This document shows positions 29,911 to 38,962 of a stretch of 64,000 nt of DNA, in pieces (within the stretch, counting starts at the first letter, position 1; every line of letters begins with the position of its first letter). Source of the DNA: Zoogloeaceae bacterium (GTDB lineage: Bacteria > Pseudomonadota > Gammaproteobacteria > Burkholderiales > Rhodocyclaceae); the NCBI GenBank assembly GCA_024235635.1, contig JACKMA010000009.1, forward strand, positions 38,347-102,346, written 5' to 3'. Below the pieces are notes generated by a model that saw only the letters and a list, made by a program, of their open reading frames with translations, did not search any database and was not told the DNA's origin. The translations under genes and the position numbers were made by a program.

Positions 29911-32202
29911 TCAGGTTGCTCTTTTCTCCGCGTCGTCCTGGCCGGCCTCGACCACGGTCAGCGCCGTCATGTTGACGATCCGCCGCACCGTCGCACTGGC
30001 GGTCAGGATATGGACGGGCTTGGCGGCGCCGAGCAGAATGGGCCCGACCGTCATGCCCTCTCCCGACGCAGTCTTCAACAGGTTGTATGAGATGTTGGCG
30101 GCATCCAGGGTCGGGAAGATCAGCAGGTTGGCATCCTCCCGCATCCGTGCATTCGGGAAGATCTGCTTGCGCAGACCGGCATCGAGCGCGGCGTCGCCGT
30201 GCATCTCGCCCTCGACATCCAGATCCGGGTGGTCGTTGTGGAGCATCACCAGTGCCCGACGCATCTTTTCAGCGGTCGGCGAATCTTCGGATCCAAAGGA
30301 CGAATGCGACAGCAGTGCGACCTTCGGCGTCACGCCGAAGCCGCGCATCTCCGCCGCCGCCAACACCGTCATTTCGACGATCTGCTCCGGTGTCGGATCG
30401 TAGTTGACGTAGGTGTCGCACAGGAACAGCGTGCGGCCCGGCACGATCAGGATGTTCATCGTGTAGAAATTGCGCACGCTGCGCTTCCGCCCGAGCACGG
30501 TCTCGATGAACTTGAGATGCACCTGGTGCATGCCGAAGGTGCCGCAGATCAGGCCGTCACCGTAGCCAAAATGCAGCAGCAGCGCGCCGATCAGGGTCGA
30601 ACGCCGGCGAGTCTCGCGCTTCGCATACTCGACCGAAATCCCCTTGCGTTCGGTCAGCCGGTGGTAGTGGGTCCACAATTCGCGATAGCGTGAGTCGGAA
30701 TCGGGATTGACCAGATCGAAGTCCGTTTCCGGCTTCATCCGCAGGCCGAAGCGCTCGATGTTGGTCGCCACCACGGCAGGCCGGCCGATCAGGACCGGAC
30801 GGGCGATCCCCTCGTCGAGCACGGTCTGCACCGCCCGCAGCACCCGCTCGGACTCGCCCTCGGCGAAAATGATGCGCTTCGGCGCCTTCTTTGCGGCGGC
30901 GAACACCGGCTTCATGATCAGGCCGGAATGCCAGATGAAGTTGTTGAGCTGGCTGCGATACACCTCCATGTCGTCGATCGGGCGCGTGGCCACGCCGGAG
31001 TCCATGCCGGCCTGTGCCACTGCCGGCGCGATCTTGACGATCAGGCGCGGGTCGAACGGCCGCGGAATGATGTATTCGGCGCCGAAGCCGGAGACCTTTT
31101 CGCCATAGGCCAGCGCCACGATGTCGCTCTGTTCGGCCCGCGCCAGCTCGGCGATCGCCTTGACCGCCGCCAGTTTCATCTCGTCGGTGATCGTCGTCGC
31201 GCCGACATCGAGCGCACCGCGAAAGATGAACGGGAAGCACAGTACGTTGTTCACCTGGTTCGGATAGTCGGAACGCCCGGTCGCGATGATCGCGTCGTCG
31301 CGCACCGCCTTGACGTCCTCGGGCAGGATCTCCGGGTTGGGATTGGCGAGCGCCAGAATCAGCGGCTTCGCCGCCATCTTCGCCACCATCTCCTGCTTCA
31401 GCACACCACCGGCCGACAGGCCGAGAAAGACGTCGGCGCCGTCGATGATCTCCGCCAGTTTGCGCGCCTCGGTCTGCTTGGCGTAGCGCGCCTTGATCGG
31501 ATCCATCAGGGTGGTTCGCCCTTCGTACACCACGCCCTCGATGTCGGACACCCAGATGTTCTCGACCGGGATGCCGAGCATCACCAGCAGGTCGAGGCAG
31601 GCCAGTGCGGCGGCACCGGCGCCGGAGGTTACGACCTTGACTTCCGAGAGCCGCTTGCCGACCAGGTGCAGGCCGTTGAGCACAGCGGCGCCGACGACGA
31701 TCGCGGTACCGTGCTGATCGTCGTGGAACACCGGAATGTTCATTCGCTCGCGCAGCCGGGACTCGATGTAGAAGCATTCCGGCGCCTTGATGTCCTCGAG
31801 GTTGATGCCGCCGAAGGTCGGCTCCAGCGAGGCGATGGTCTCGATCAGCTTGTCCGGGTCGGGCTGGTCGATTTCCAGGTCGAAGACGTCGATGCCGGCG
31901 AACTTCTTGAACAGCACGCCCTTGCCTTCCATCACCGGCTTCGACGCCAGCGCACCGATGTTGCCCAGTCCGAGCACGGCCGTGCCGTTGGTGACCACCG
32001 CGATCAGGTTCGAGCGCGACGTCAGTTCCGCCGCCTGGGCCGGATCCGCGACGATCGCATCGCACGCCGCAGCGACGCCGGGCGAATAGGCCAGCGACAG
32101 ATCCTGTTGGTTGGTGAGCGCCTTGGTCGGCGAAATCGCGATCTTGCCGGGGCGGGGATGGCGGTGGTATTCGAGGGCGGCATCGCGAATTCGGTCATCC
32201 AT
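29911..32202 (-). CDS. maeB: NADP-dependent malic enzyme with PTA-like C-terminal domain
   Basis: [36 protein letters not shown]; 763 aa with C-terminal EGEMHGD PTA-like domain. Confidence 0.96.
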   Translation of the reverse strand: MDDRIRDAALEYHRHPRPGKIAISPTKALTNQQDLSLAYSPGVAAACDAIVADPAQAAELTSRSNLIAVVTNGTAVLGLGNIGALASKPVMEGKGVLFKKFAGIDVFDLEIDQPDPDKLIETIASLEPTFGGINLEDIKAPECFYIESRLRERMNIPVFHDDQHGTAIVVGAAVLNGLHLVGKRLSEVKVVTSGAGAAALACLDLLVMLGIPVENIWVSDIEGVVYEGRTTLMDPIKARYAKQTEARKLAEIIDGADVFLGLSAGGVLKQEMVAKMAAKPLILALANPNPEILPEDVKAVRDDAIIATGRSDYPNQVNNVLCFPFIFRGALDVGATTITDEMKLAAVKAIAELARAEQSDIVALAYGEKVSGFGAEYIIPRPFDPRLIVKIAPAVAQAGMDSGVATRPIDDMEVYRSQLNNFIWHSGLIMKPVFAAAKKAPKRIIFAEGESERVLRAVQTVLDEGIARPVLIGRPAVVATNIERFGLRMKPETDFDLVNPDSDSRYRELWTHYHRLTERKGISVEYAKRETRRRSTLIGALLLHFGYGDGLICGTFGMHQVHLKFIETVLGRKRSVRNFYTMNILIVPGRTLFLCDTYVNYDPTPEQIVEMTVLAAAEMRGFGVTPKVALLSHSSFGSEDSPTAEKMRRALVMLHNDHPDLDVEGEMHGDAALDAGLRKQIFPNARMREDANLLIFPTLDAANISYNLLKTASGEGMTVGPILLGAAKPVHILTASATVRRIVNMTALTVVEAGQDDAEKRAT

Positions 32203-32560
32203 GGACAGTCTCTCTCCAAAACGGTTTGCGGGTCCCGGCGCCAGAAGGACCCCATCAGGGTTTCACCCTATTGCCAATCGCCGCCAGTGGCGCGGGCGGC
32301 AGGCGTATCCAGCTGGAAAATCCAGCTGCGCCAGCAGCTTTCGGAGATTCGGTGTTGCACATGCACGTTTTCGAAAGCGGCCTCGACGTGGCATAATCTT
32401 AGGCTTTCGCAGATCCGGAAGCACTTCGTAGTTTCCGCAGATTGGGAACTCTTCTCAGGGTCCGGACCGATCCTCCGAAGCGAGTCCAGCCGTGTGCCGA
32501 GAGGGGGCGCGCAGCCGGACCAGGTCCAGCAAGCCTGCTTTTCCTGGAGACACAACCACC

Positions 32561-34405
32561 ATGATTCAACGCATCGCCGAGGCCGCCATCGCCGCCGCAC
32601 CGGAGTACGTCCGCCACCAGGGACTCAAGAACTGGGTCGCTGAAATTGCCGCTCTGACCGAACCCGACCGGGTGGTCTGGTGCGACGGCAGCCAGGAGGA
32701 GTACGACCGCCTTTGCGCCGAAATGGTCGAGGCCGGCATGCTGATCAAGCTCAACCCCGAGAAGCGCAGGAATTCCTATCTGGCCTGGTCCGATCCGTCC
32801 GACGTCGCGCGCGTCGAGGATCGCACCTTCATCTGCTCGAATCAGCCTGAAGACGCCGGCCCGACGAACAACTGGGAAGATCCGGCGAAGATGAAAAAGA
32901 CGCTCGGCGAACTGTTCAAGGGCTGCATGCACGGGCGCACGATGTACGTGATTCCGTTTTCGATGGGCCCGCTGGGTTCGCCGATCGCCCACATCGGCGT
33001 CGAAATTTCCGACAGTCCCTACGTCGTCACCAACATGCGCACGATGACCCGCATGGGCAAGGGCGTGTTCGACGTGCTGGGAACCGACGGCGAGTTCGTG
33101 CCCTGCGTACACAGCGTCGGCGCACCGCTCGCCCAGGGTGAGAAGGACAGCCGCTGGCCGTGCAATCCCGACACCAAGTACATCGTGCACTTCCCCGAGA
33201 CCCGCGAGATCTGGTCCTATGGCTCGGGCTACGGTGGCAATGCGCTGCTCGGCAAGAAATGCTTCGCGCTGCGCATCGCGTCGACGATGGCACGCGACGA
33301 AGGATGGCTGGCCGAGCACATGCTGATCCTCGGCGTCGAGAGCCCGGAAGGCGAGAAGACCTACGTCGCGGCCGCATTCCCGTCGGCCTGCGGCAAGACC
33401 AACTTCGCCATGCTGATTCCGCCAAAGTCCTTCAACGGCTGGAAGATCAGCACGGTCGGTGACGACATCGCCTGGATCAAGCCGGGCGCCGACGGTCGCT
33501 TCTATGCGATCAACCCGGAGGCTGGCTACTTCGGCGTGGCCCCGGGCACGTCCGAGAAGACCAACTTCAACGCGATGGCCACGCTCAAGGAAAACATCAT
33601 CTTCACCAACGTCGCGCTGACCGACGACGGCGATGTCTGGTGGGAAGGCATGACCAAGGAAGCGCCGGCCCATCTGGTCGACTGGCAGGGCAAGGACTGG
33701 ACGCCGGACATCGCCAAGGAGACCGGCCGCAAGGCGGCTCACCCGAATGCCCGCTTTACCGCGCCGGCCAGTCAATGCCCGTCGATCGACCCGGCCTGGG
33801 AGGATCCCAAGGGCGTGCCGATCTCGGCCTTCATCTTCGGCGGCCGTCGTGCCACCACCGTTCCGCTGGTCTATCAGGCCTTCAACTGGAATTACGGTGT
33901 CTACATGGCCGCCACCCTCGGCTCGGAGACCACCGCCGCGGCATTCGGCGCCCAGGGCGTGGTCCGTCGCGACCCGTTCGCGATGCTGCCGTTCTGCGGA
34001 TACCACATGGGCGACTACTTCAACCATTGGCTGAGGATGGGTCACGTCGTCGAGCAGACGCCCAAGATTTTTTGCGTGAACTGGTTCCGAATGAACGAGC
34101 GGGGCGAGTTCATGTGGCCCGGCTTCGGCGAGAACATGCGCGTGCTGAAGTGGATCGTGGACCGGGTCAAGGGCCGTGTCGGCGCCAAGGAGACCGCGCT
34201 CGGCTGGATGCCCAAGTTCGACGACATCGACTGGAACGGCGCCGAGGTGACCCGGGAGGAATTCGACGCCTTGACCCGCGTCGATGCGGAAGCCTGGAAG
34301 AAGGAGCTCGAAGGCCACAAGGAGTGGTTCGACAAGCTCCAGGATCGCCTGCCGCGACAGATGATCCTGAAGCGCGAATTGTTCGAACTGGCCCTGTCGG
34401 ACTGA
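32561..34405 (+). CDS. pckG: Phosphoenolpyruvate carboxykinase (GTP)
   Basis: [42 protein letters not shown]; SD GGAG. Confidence 0.96.
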   Translation: MIQRIAEAAIAAAPEYVRHQGLKNWVAEIAALTEPDRVVWCDGSQEEYDRLCAEMVEAGMLIKLNPEKRRNSYLAWSDPSDVARVEDRTFICSNQPEDAGPTNNWEDPAKMKKTLGELFKGCMHGRTMYVIPFSMGPLGSPIAHIGVEISDSPYVVTNMRTMTRMGKGVFDVLGTDGEFVPCVHSVGAPLAQGEKDSRWPCNPDTKYIVHFPETREIWSYGSGYGGNALLGKKCFALRIASTMARDEGWLAEHMLILGVESPEGEKTYVAAAFPSACGKTNFAMLIPPKSFNGWKISTVGDDIAWIKPGADGRFYAINPEAGYFGVAPGTSEKTNFNAMATLKENIIFTNVALTDDGDVWWEGMTKEAPAHLVDWQGKDWTPDIAKETGRKAAHPNARFTAPASQCPSIDPAWEDPKGVPISAFIFGGRRATTVPLVYQAFNWNYGVYMAATLGSETTAAAFGAQGVVRRDPFAMLPFCGYHMGDYFNHWLRMGHVVEQTPKIFCVNWFRMNERGEFMWPGFGENMRVLKWIVDRVKGRVGAKETALGWMPKFDDIDWNGAEVTREEFDALTRVDAEAWKKELEGHKEWFDKLQDRLPRQMILKRELFELALSD

Positions 34406-34426
34406 GCCGGCTGCGGTTCGATGCCT

Positions 34427-34462
34427 GCGACAGGGCCGGGCAATGCCCGGCCTTGTCGTATT
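34427..34462 (+). terminator. Stem-loop after pckG (terminator or stabiliser)
   Basis: GCGACAGGGCCGGGCA-A-TGCCCGGCCTTGTCGT followed by ATT; U-tract weak. Confidence 0.65.
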
Positions 34463-34508
34463 CCGCGTGCGGGCGCACCATGAGCCCGCCGACACCTCCC
34501 GAATTCCG

Positions 34509-35684
34509 ATGCCCGCGCCAATTGCCCTGCGTTGCCAGCAGATCCAGCCGTTCCACGTCATGGAATTGCTTAGACGTGCCCGCGAACTCGAGGCCGACGG
34601 CCGCGACATCGTGCACATGGAGGTGGGCGAGCCCGACTTCCCGACGCCGGCACCGATTGTCGAGGCCGCATCCCGATTTCTCGCCGGTGGTCAGGTGCAT
34701 TACACCGGCTCGCTCGGCCTGCCGGCGCTCAGGGAGGCAATCGCCGGACATTATCGCGAGCGCTTCGGCCTGGATGTCGACCCACGCCGGATCGCGGTCA
34801 CGCCAGGCGCGTCGGGCGCGCTGATGCTCGCCATCGCAGCACTCACAGACCCGGGCGACGTGTGGCAGATCCCCGACCCGGGCTATCCGTCCAACCGCCA
34901 TTTCGTGCGCGCTTTCGAGGGCGTGGCCCGTGCCGTTGCAGTCGGGGCCGAAACCGATTTTCAGCCGACACCGGAACAGGTCGCCGCGGCGTGGTGTGAT
35001 CGCTGCCGCGGCCTGATGGTGGCCAGCCCGGCCAACCCGACGGGCACCCTGCTCGACAACGGCGCCTTGGCCCGGTTGGCCGAGACCGTGCGGGCACGCC
35101 GGGGCGTGATGCTGGTCGACGAGATCTACCAGGGCCTGAGCTACGGCATCGAGCCGACGACGGCGCTCGCGCTGGGCGATGACCTGTTCGTCGTGAACAG
35201 CTTTTCGAAATACTTCGGCATGACCGGCTGGCGGCTCGGCTGGCTGGTGGTGCCGGCGGGTTACGAGAGACAGATCGAGAAGCTGGCCCAGCACTTCTTC
35301 ATCTGCGCGTCGACAGTGGCCCAGCATGCCGCCCTCGCCGCATTCGCGCCCGGCACTCGGGAGATCCTCGAGGCGCGGCGGCAGGAATTCGCCGAACGGC
35401 GGGATCTGCTGCTACCGGCACTCGAAGCGCTGGGCTTCGGCATACCGGCAAGACCGAACGGTGCCTTCTACGTCTATGCCGACGTCAGCCGGCTCGACGA
35501 CGATAGCGAGGCGCTGGCACGACGCCTGATCGAGCAGGCCGGGGTTGCCACCACGCCGGGGCTGGACTTCGGCAACCATTGGCCGCGACGTTTTCTTCGC
35601 TTCGCCTACACGACCGCCAGATCCCGGCTCGAGGAAGGACTCGAACGCATCGCCGGCAGCCTGCGCTCAGGTGCAGGCACCTGA
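34509..35684 (+). CDS. Class I/II PLP-dependent aminotransferase (AspAT-like)
   Basis: GEPDF, SPANPTG, DEIY, SFSKYFGMTGWRLG. Confidence 0.92.
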   Translation: MPAPIALRCQQIQPFHVMELLRRARELEADGRDIVHMEVGEPDFPTPAPIVEAASRFLAGGQVHYTGSLGLPALREAIAGHYRERFGLDVDPRRIAVTPGASGALMLAIAALTDPGDVWQIPDPGYPSNRHFVRAFEGVARAVAVGAETDFQPTPEQVAAAWCDRCRGLMVASPANPTGTLLDNGALARLAETVRARRGVMLVDEIYQGLSYGIEPTTALALGDDLFVVNSFSKYFGMTGWRLGWLVVPAGYERQIEKLAQHFFICASTVAQHAALAAFAPGTREILEARRQEFAERRDLLLPALEALGFGIPARPNGAFYVYADVSRLDDDSEALARRLIEQAGVATTPGLDFGNHWPRRFLRFAYTTARSRLEEGLERIAGSLRSGAGT

Positions 35685-35702
35685 GCCGGGCCCGCCGGCA
35701 CC

Positions 35703-36431
35703 TCAGGCCGCGCGCTTGCCGCTCGATGCGCCGGCGGCGCTCTTGAGTCGGGCCTTCATCGCCAGCACCTTGTTGGCGTATCGCGCCTTGGGATCCTTCA
35801 ATGCGCCGCCGTAGTACTGCAAGGCGGACTGCAGCGAACCATAGCGCCGCAGGCCTTCCTTGATCACCAGGGCGCCGACACGGATGTTCAGTTGCGGATC
35901 GAACAACGCATCGTCGCCCGCACCTTCGCCAATCTTGTCCATATGGAAGCGGGGGATCACCTGCATCAGACCTTGGGCGCCGACCGTGCTTTCCGCAAAC
36001 GGATTGAAGCTCGACTCGATCGCGATCACCGCCACGAGAAGGAACGGGTCCAGCCCGAGTTGGTCACCGACGTTCTCGGCTTCGGCCAGCAATGGCTCGA
36101 GTGCAATCTGGGAAACCCGGTAGCGCCGGGCGACGTAGGCCTTGACCTTGGCCATCTCGCGCGACAGCGCGGGCGTCACCTGCGCAACGCCATCCGGTGC
36201 CGCAGCGCCTTCGGACAGATCTTCGCCGGACTCGAACGAGGCATTCGTCTGCGCAGAAGCCTCGGAGAGCGCCGACGGGAACAAGCCTGTCCGCCGTGTG
36301 CCGCCTTCGATCTGATTGGCTGCCATCACGACCAGCGCAAACAGCCCAGCCGTCAAAAGACCCCCGTGGGCGACGTGCCCGGCGAACCGCCAAAATTCGA
36401 CGAGACGCCGGCATGCGGATCGTACGTTCAT
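35703..36431 (-). CDS. Membrane-anchored SLT-domain lytic transglycosylase
   Basis: N-terminal TM; AIESSFNP catalytic Glu, GAQGLMQV, YYG; SD GGAGG before ATG 36431. Confidence 0.9.
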   Translation of the reverse strand: MNVRSACRRLVEFWRFAGHVAHGGLLTAGLFALVVMAANQIEGGTRRTGLFPSALSEASAQTNASFESGEDLSEGAAAPDGVAQVTPALSREMAKVKAYVARRYRVSQIALEPLLAEAENVGDQLGLDPFLLVAVIAIESSFNPFAESTVGAQGLMQVIPRFHMDKIGEGAGDDALFDPQLNIRVGALVIKEGLRRYGSLQSALQYYGGALKDPKARYANKVLAMKARLKSAAGASSGKRAA

Positions 36432-36683
36432 GTCTGACCTCCATGCCGTGACCCCGCCCGCAACCGTCGGCTGCTCTGTCCGGCGCAAACTTCCCGCAAT
36501 CGTCGGGAAAGGGCGAGTCGGAGTCTTCAGTCTTCTTTCAATCTTCTAGTTGGCGCCACCACGAGGTGCCGGCCACCGAGCCCGACATCCGCCACCCGTA
36601 GCCGCCACGACTTCGACGACAGAGGGTTGGTAACGCATTGCGGCAAACAGGGGTTCTACCGAACAAAGCTCGCCGCCGCCTTG

Positions 36684-36698
36684 TGCTGCAGTGCAGCA
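36684..36698. promoter_or_regulatory. Perfect TGC-rich palindrome, PhaR-box-like
   Basis: TGCTGCA-G-TGCAGCA at the predicted transcription start of the slt promoter. Confidence 0.5.
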
Positions 36699-36706
36699 TA
36701 AAACGG

Positions 36707-36735
36707 ATACTATCCAGCAACGCCGCTCATGTCAA
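36707..36735 (-). promoter_or_regulatory. sigma70 promoter directed at slt
   Basis: Minus strand TTGACA-N17-TAGTAT with AT-rich UP-like tract upstream. Confidence 0.75.
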
Positions 36736-36887
36736 TGCAAAAATTCAATGAAAATCAATGGAGAGCAGCCCTGCGGCACGAGAGCGCGGCGCACAAACAT
36801 CAGCCTTGGCCCTGTCCCAGCCCTCTGTCATAAAGGTGCGTAGCACGGTCGGCCGCCACTCCGGCGGTGGCCGGGATGACGCGCCGA

Positions 36888-37457
36888 TCAGGCGCGAAGC
36901 AGTGGACGAGCAAGCATCGACATCAGGCGAGCCCAATTGAAGCAGGGCCCGGGATCAGTCTTGCGGCCCGGCGCGACCTCCGAATGTCCGGCGATTCCGT
37001 CGATCGGGTACGCGTCGCGCAGCGCATCGATCAGTGCCGCCAGACGAAGATACTGGGCGTCTTCGAAGGCTGCCTCGTCGCAACCTTCCAACTCGATGCC
37101 GATCGAAAAGTCGTTGCAGCGCGATCGACCACGCCAAGTCGATTCGCCAGCGTGCCACGCTCGCAATGTGGCCGGCACGAACTGAATCAGCGCTCCGTCA
37201 CGACGAATCAGGAAATGTGCAGACACCCTCAGATCGCAGATCGACGGATAGAACGGATCTGCCGCCGGTTCGAGGCAGTTGGTGAACAGGGCTTCTATGT
37301 CGTTGCCACCAAAGCGGCCCGGCGGCAGACTGATCGCGTGGATCACCAGCAGATCGACGGGCGTCGCCGGCGGTCGCTCGTCGCAGTTGGGCGACGGCAC
37401 GTGACGGCAACCGTCGATCCAGCCATCGGCACCCGGCAAGCTCACCTCCAGCGTCAT
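36888..37457 (-). CDS. ampD: 1,6-anhydro-N-acetylmuramyl-L-alanine amidase
   Basis: PSPNCDERP, IHAISLPPG, VSAHF, AWHAGES, CNDFSIGIELEG, GHSEVAPGRKTDPG. Confidence 0.96.
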   Translation of the reverse strand: MTLEVSLPGADGWIDGCRHVPSPNCDERPPATPVDLLVIHAISLPPGRFGGNDIEALFTNCLEPAADPFYPSICDLRVSAHFLIRRDGALIQFVPATLRAWHAGESTWRGRSRCNDFSIGIELEGCDEAAFEDAQYLRLAALIDALRDAYPIDGIAGHSEVAPGRKTDPGPCFNWARLMSMLARPLLRA

Positions 37458-37509
37458 TCCCGTCCCTCGTCAATCCGGCCCGATGCGCCGATGCCATTGC
37501 GAAGTCGAA

Positions 37510-37585
37510 TGTCACACTGACTGACAAAGCGATGTCAACAACTGCCGTGGATCGACCACCGCAATGTCATGAGTTGACATTGTCA
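37510..37585. promoter_or_regulatory. Cluster of six TGTCA/TGACA half-sites, probable PilR enhancer
   Basis: TGTCA 37510, TGACA 37522, TGTCA 37533, TGTCA 37565, TGACA 37575, TGTCA 37581; 60-135 bp upstream of the sigma54 -24 box. Confidence 0.65.
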
Positions 37586-37625
37586 AGCGGCAGCACGGTC
37601 CGGAAAATTCCATACTATTCTTTAA

Positions 37626-37638
37626 TTTCAATTACTTG
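37626..37638 (+). promoter_or_regulatory. IHF-like site between enhancer and sigma54 promoter
   Basis: TTTCAATTACTTG versus WATCAANNNNTTR (one mismatch), preceded by AT-rich tract. Confidence 0.6.
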
Positions 37639-37644
37639 CAAAAC

Positions 37645-37660
37645 TGGCACGCTAGTTGAT
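37645..37660 (+). promoter_or_regulatory. sigma54 (-24/-12) promoter of pilA
   Basis: TGGCAC-GCTAG-TTGAT; perfect -24, -12 reads GA instead of GC. Confidence 0.8.
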
Positions 37661-37711
37661 ATAGGGAAATCGTAGCGGACAGCACCGCGAACATTGAAAA
37701 GGAGATCCACC

Positions 37712-38131
37712 ATGAAACGCGTCCAGCAAGGCTTCACCCTCATCGAACTCATGATCGTGGTTGCAATCATCGGTATTCTGGCTGCCGTTGCGCTGCCGGC
37801 CTACACCGACTACACGATCCGCGCCAAGGTTTCGGAGTGCGCCGGCGTCGCCTCGGCCTGCAAGAGCTCGAGCTCGGAAGCCTACGCCACCACCAACACC
37901 CTGCCGGCCTCGGCTGGCGCCGCTGGCTGCGCCAGCACCACCACCCAGTACTGCACGGCCCCGACCGTTGCCGCTGGCGTCGTCACCGTCGGCATCACCA
38001 CCGCGACCGGCATCCCCGCCGCTTGCAACCTGGTCCTGACCCCGACCGTCGATACCACCAACAAGGTCATCACCGGCTGGACCGGCAGCACCACCTGCGC
38101 CCAGAAGTACGTGCCGGCCAACTTCCGCTAA
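37712..38131 (+). CDS. pilA: Type IVa major pilin
   Basis: SD AAGGAG; class III leader [31 protein letters not shown]; own promoter and terminator. Confidence 0.97.
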   Translation: MKRVQQGFTLIELMIVVAIIGILAAVALPAYTDYTIRAKVSECAGVASACKSSSSEAYATTNTLPASAGAAGCASTTTQYCTAPTVAAGVVTVGITTATGIPAACNLVLTPTVDTTNKVITGWTGSTTCAQKYVPANFR

Positions 38132-38146
38132 GAAGTCGCCTGACAC

Positions 38147-38184
38147 AAAAGAAGACCCCGCCCTGCGGGGTCTTTTTTCTTTTT
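38147..38184 (+). terminator. Rho-independent terminator after pilA
   Basis: AAAAGAAGACCCCGC-CCT-GCGGGGTCTTTTTTCTTTTT. Confidence 0.92.
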
Positions 38185-38251
38185 GCATGTCTGTTACCTT
38201 CATTTTCGCCGTCTGCAGCCGTCACCTTGGGTGAGCTACCGGGAGCATGGC

Positions 38252-38962
38252 ATGAGCGCAACCCTTTCATCGTTTTACCTGCTGCTGCCCAGCAAATCGC
38301 GGGCAGCACTGATCCACCTCGGCCTTTCGGCTGCCGCCGTCGGCGCAGTCGCGGCGCTGACCCTCGGCCGGTGGTATCCGTCCGGCTTGGCCGAGATCCA
38401 GGGCGTCTGGCACGTGCTCGGCCTGCTGATAATCGTCGATCTGATCCTCGGCCCGATGCTCACCTTCATCGTCTTTGCGCCGGGCAAGCGCAGCCTCAGA
38501 TTCGACCTCGCAGTGATCGCCGCAATCCAGCTTGCAGCGCTCGTGTACGGTACATGGACCATCACCACCCAGCGGCCCGCCTACCTGGCATTTCTGTACG
38601 ATCGCTTCTACGTGCTGACCGATCGTGACCTGCTCAACCCCCCGCCGCCGGCGATTGCAGAACTGACACCCTGGAAGGGTGGCCCGCGGCCGGTGTTTGT
38701 GCGTCTCTCGTTCGGCGCCCAGCAGGAGATCGCAGGCGCCGCCACCAGCTTTGACACACCGGCGATGGCCCTGCTGCCGGAAGCGTACGCACCGTTCGCA
38801 GACCACATCGAATTCATCAGCCAGCACGCGGAATCAAGCACTGATGCAAGCGCGGGCAAGGCCGCGATGCTGCGCTATCCCGTGGTCGGCAGGTCGACCA
38901 CCGGCACCGCGTACGTGGACCAAAGCGGTCAGCTGCTCGATATCGTCGCGGGCAACCATTGA
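38252..38962 (+). CDS. tfpZ: TfpX/TfpZ (FimB-like) pilin accessory membrane protein
   Basis: AALIHLGLS, WYP, VDLILGPMLT, PGK..L..DL..I...Q..AL.YG, RP...DRF pattern; three TMs; directly after pilA. Confidence 0.85.
   Translation: MSATLSSFYLLLPSKSRAALIHLGLSAAAVGAVAALTLGRWYPSGLAEIQGVWHVLGLLIIVDLILGPMLTFIVFAPGKRSLRFDLAVIAAIQLAALVYGTWTITTQRPAYLAFLYDRFYVLTDRDLLNPPPPAIAELTPWKGGPRPVFVRLSFGAQQEIAGAATSFDTPAMALLPEAYAPFADHIEFISQHAESSTDASAGKAAMLRYPVVGRSTTGTAYVDQSGQLLDIVAGNH

Noticed and set aside
35665-35686. Perfect 10-bp hairpin at the convergent aminotransferase/slt junction
   Set aside because: Overlaps coding sequence, has no U-tract and is not repeated in the window, so neither terminator nor REP call is supported
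36432-36700. c-di-AMP or c-di-GMP riboswitch upstream of the transglycosylase
   Set aside because: Could not find the conserved elements of either class by eye; kept only as an unassigned leader
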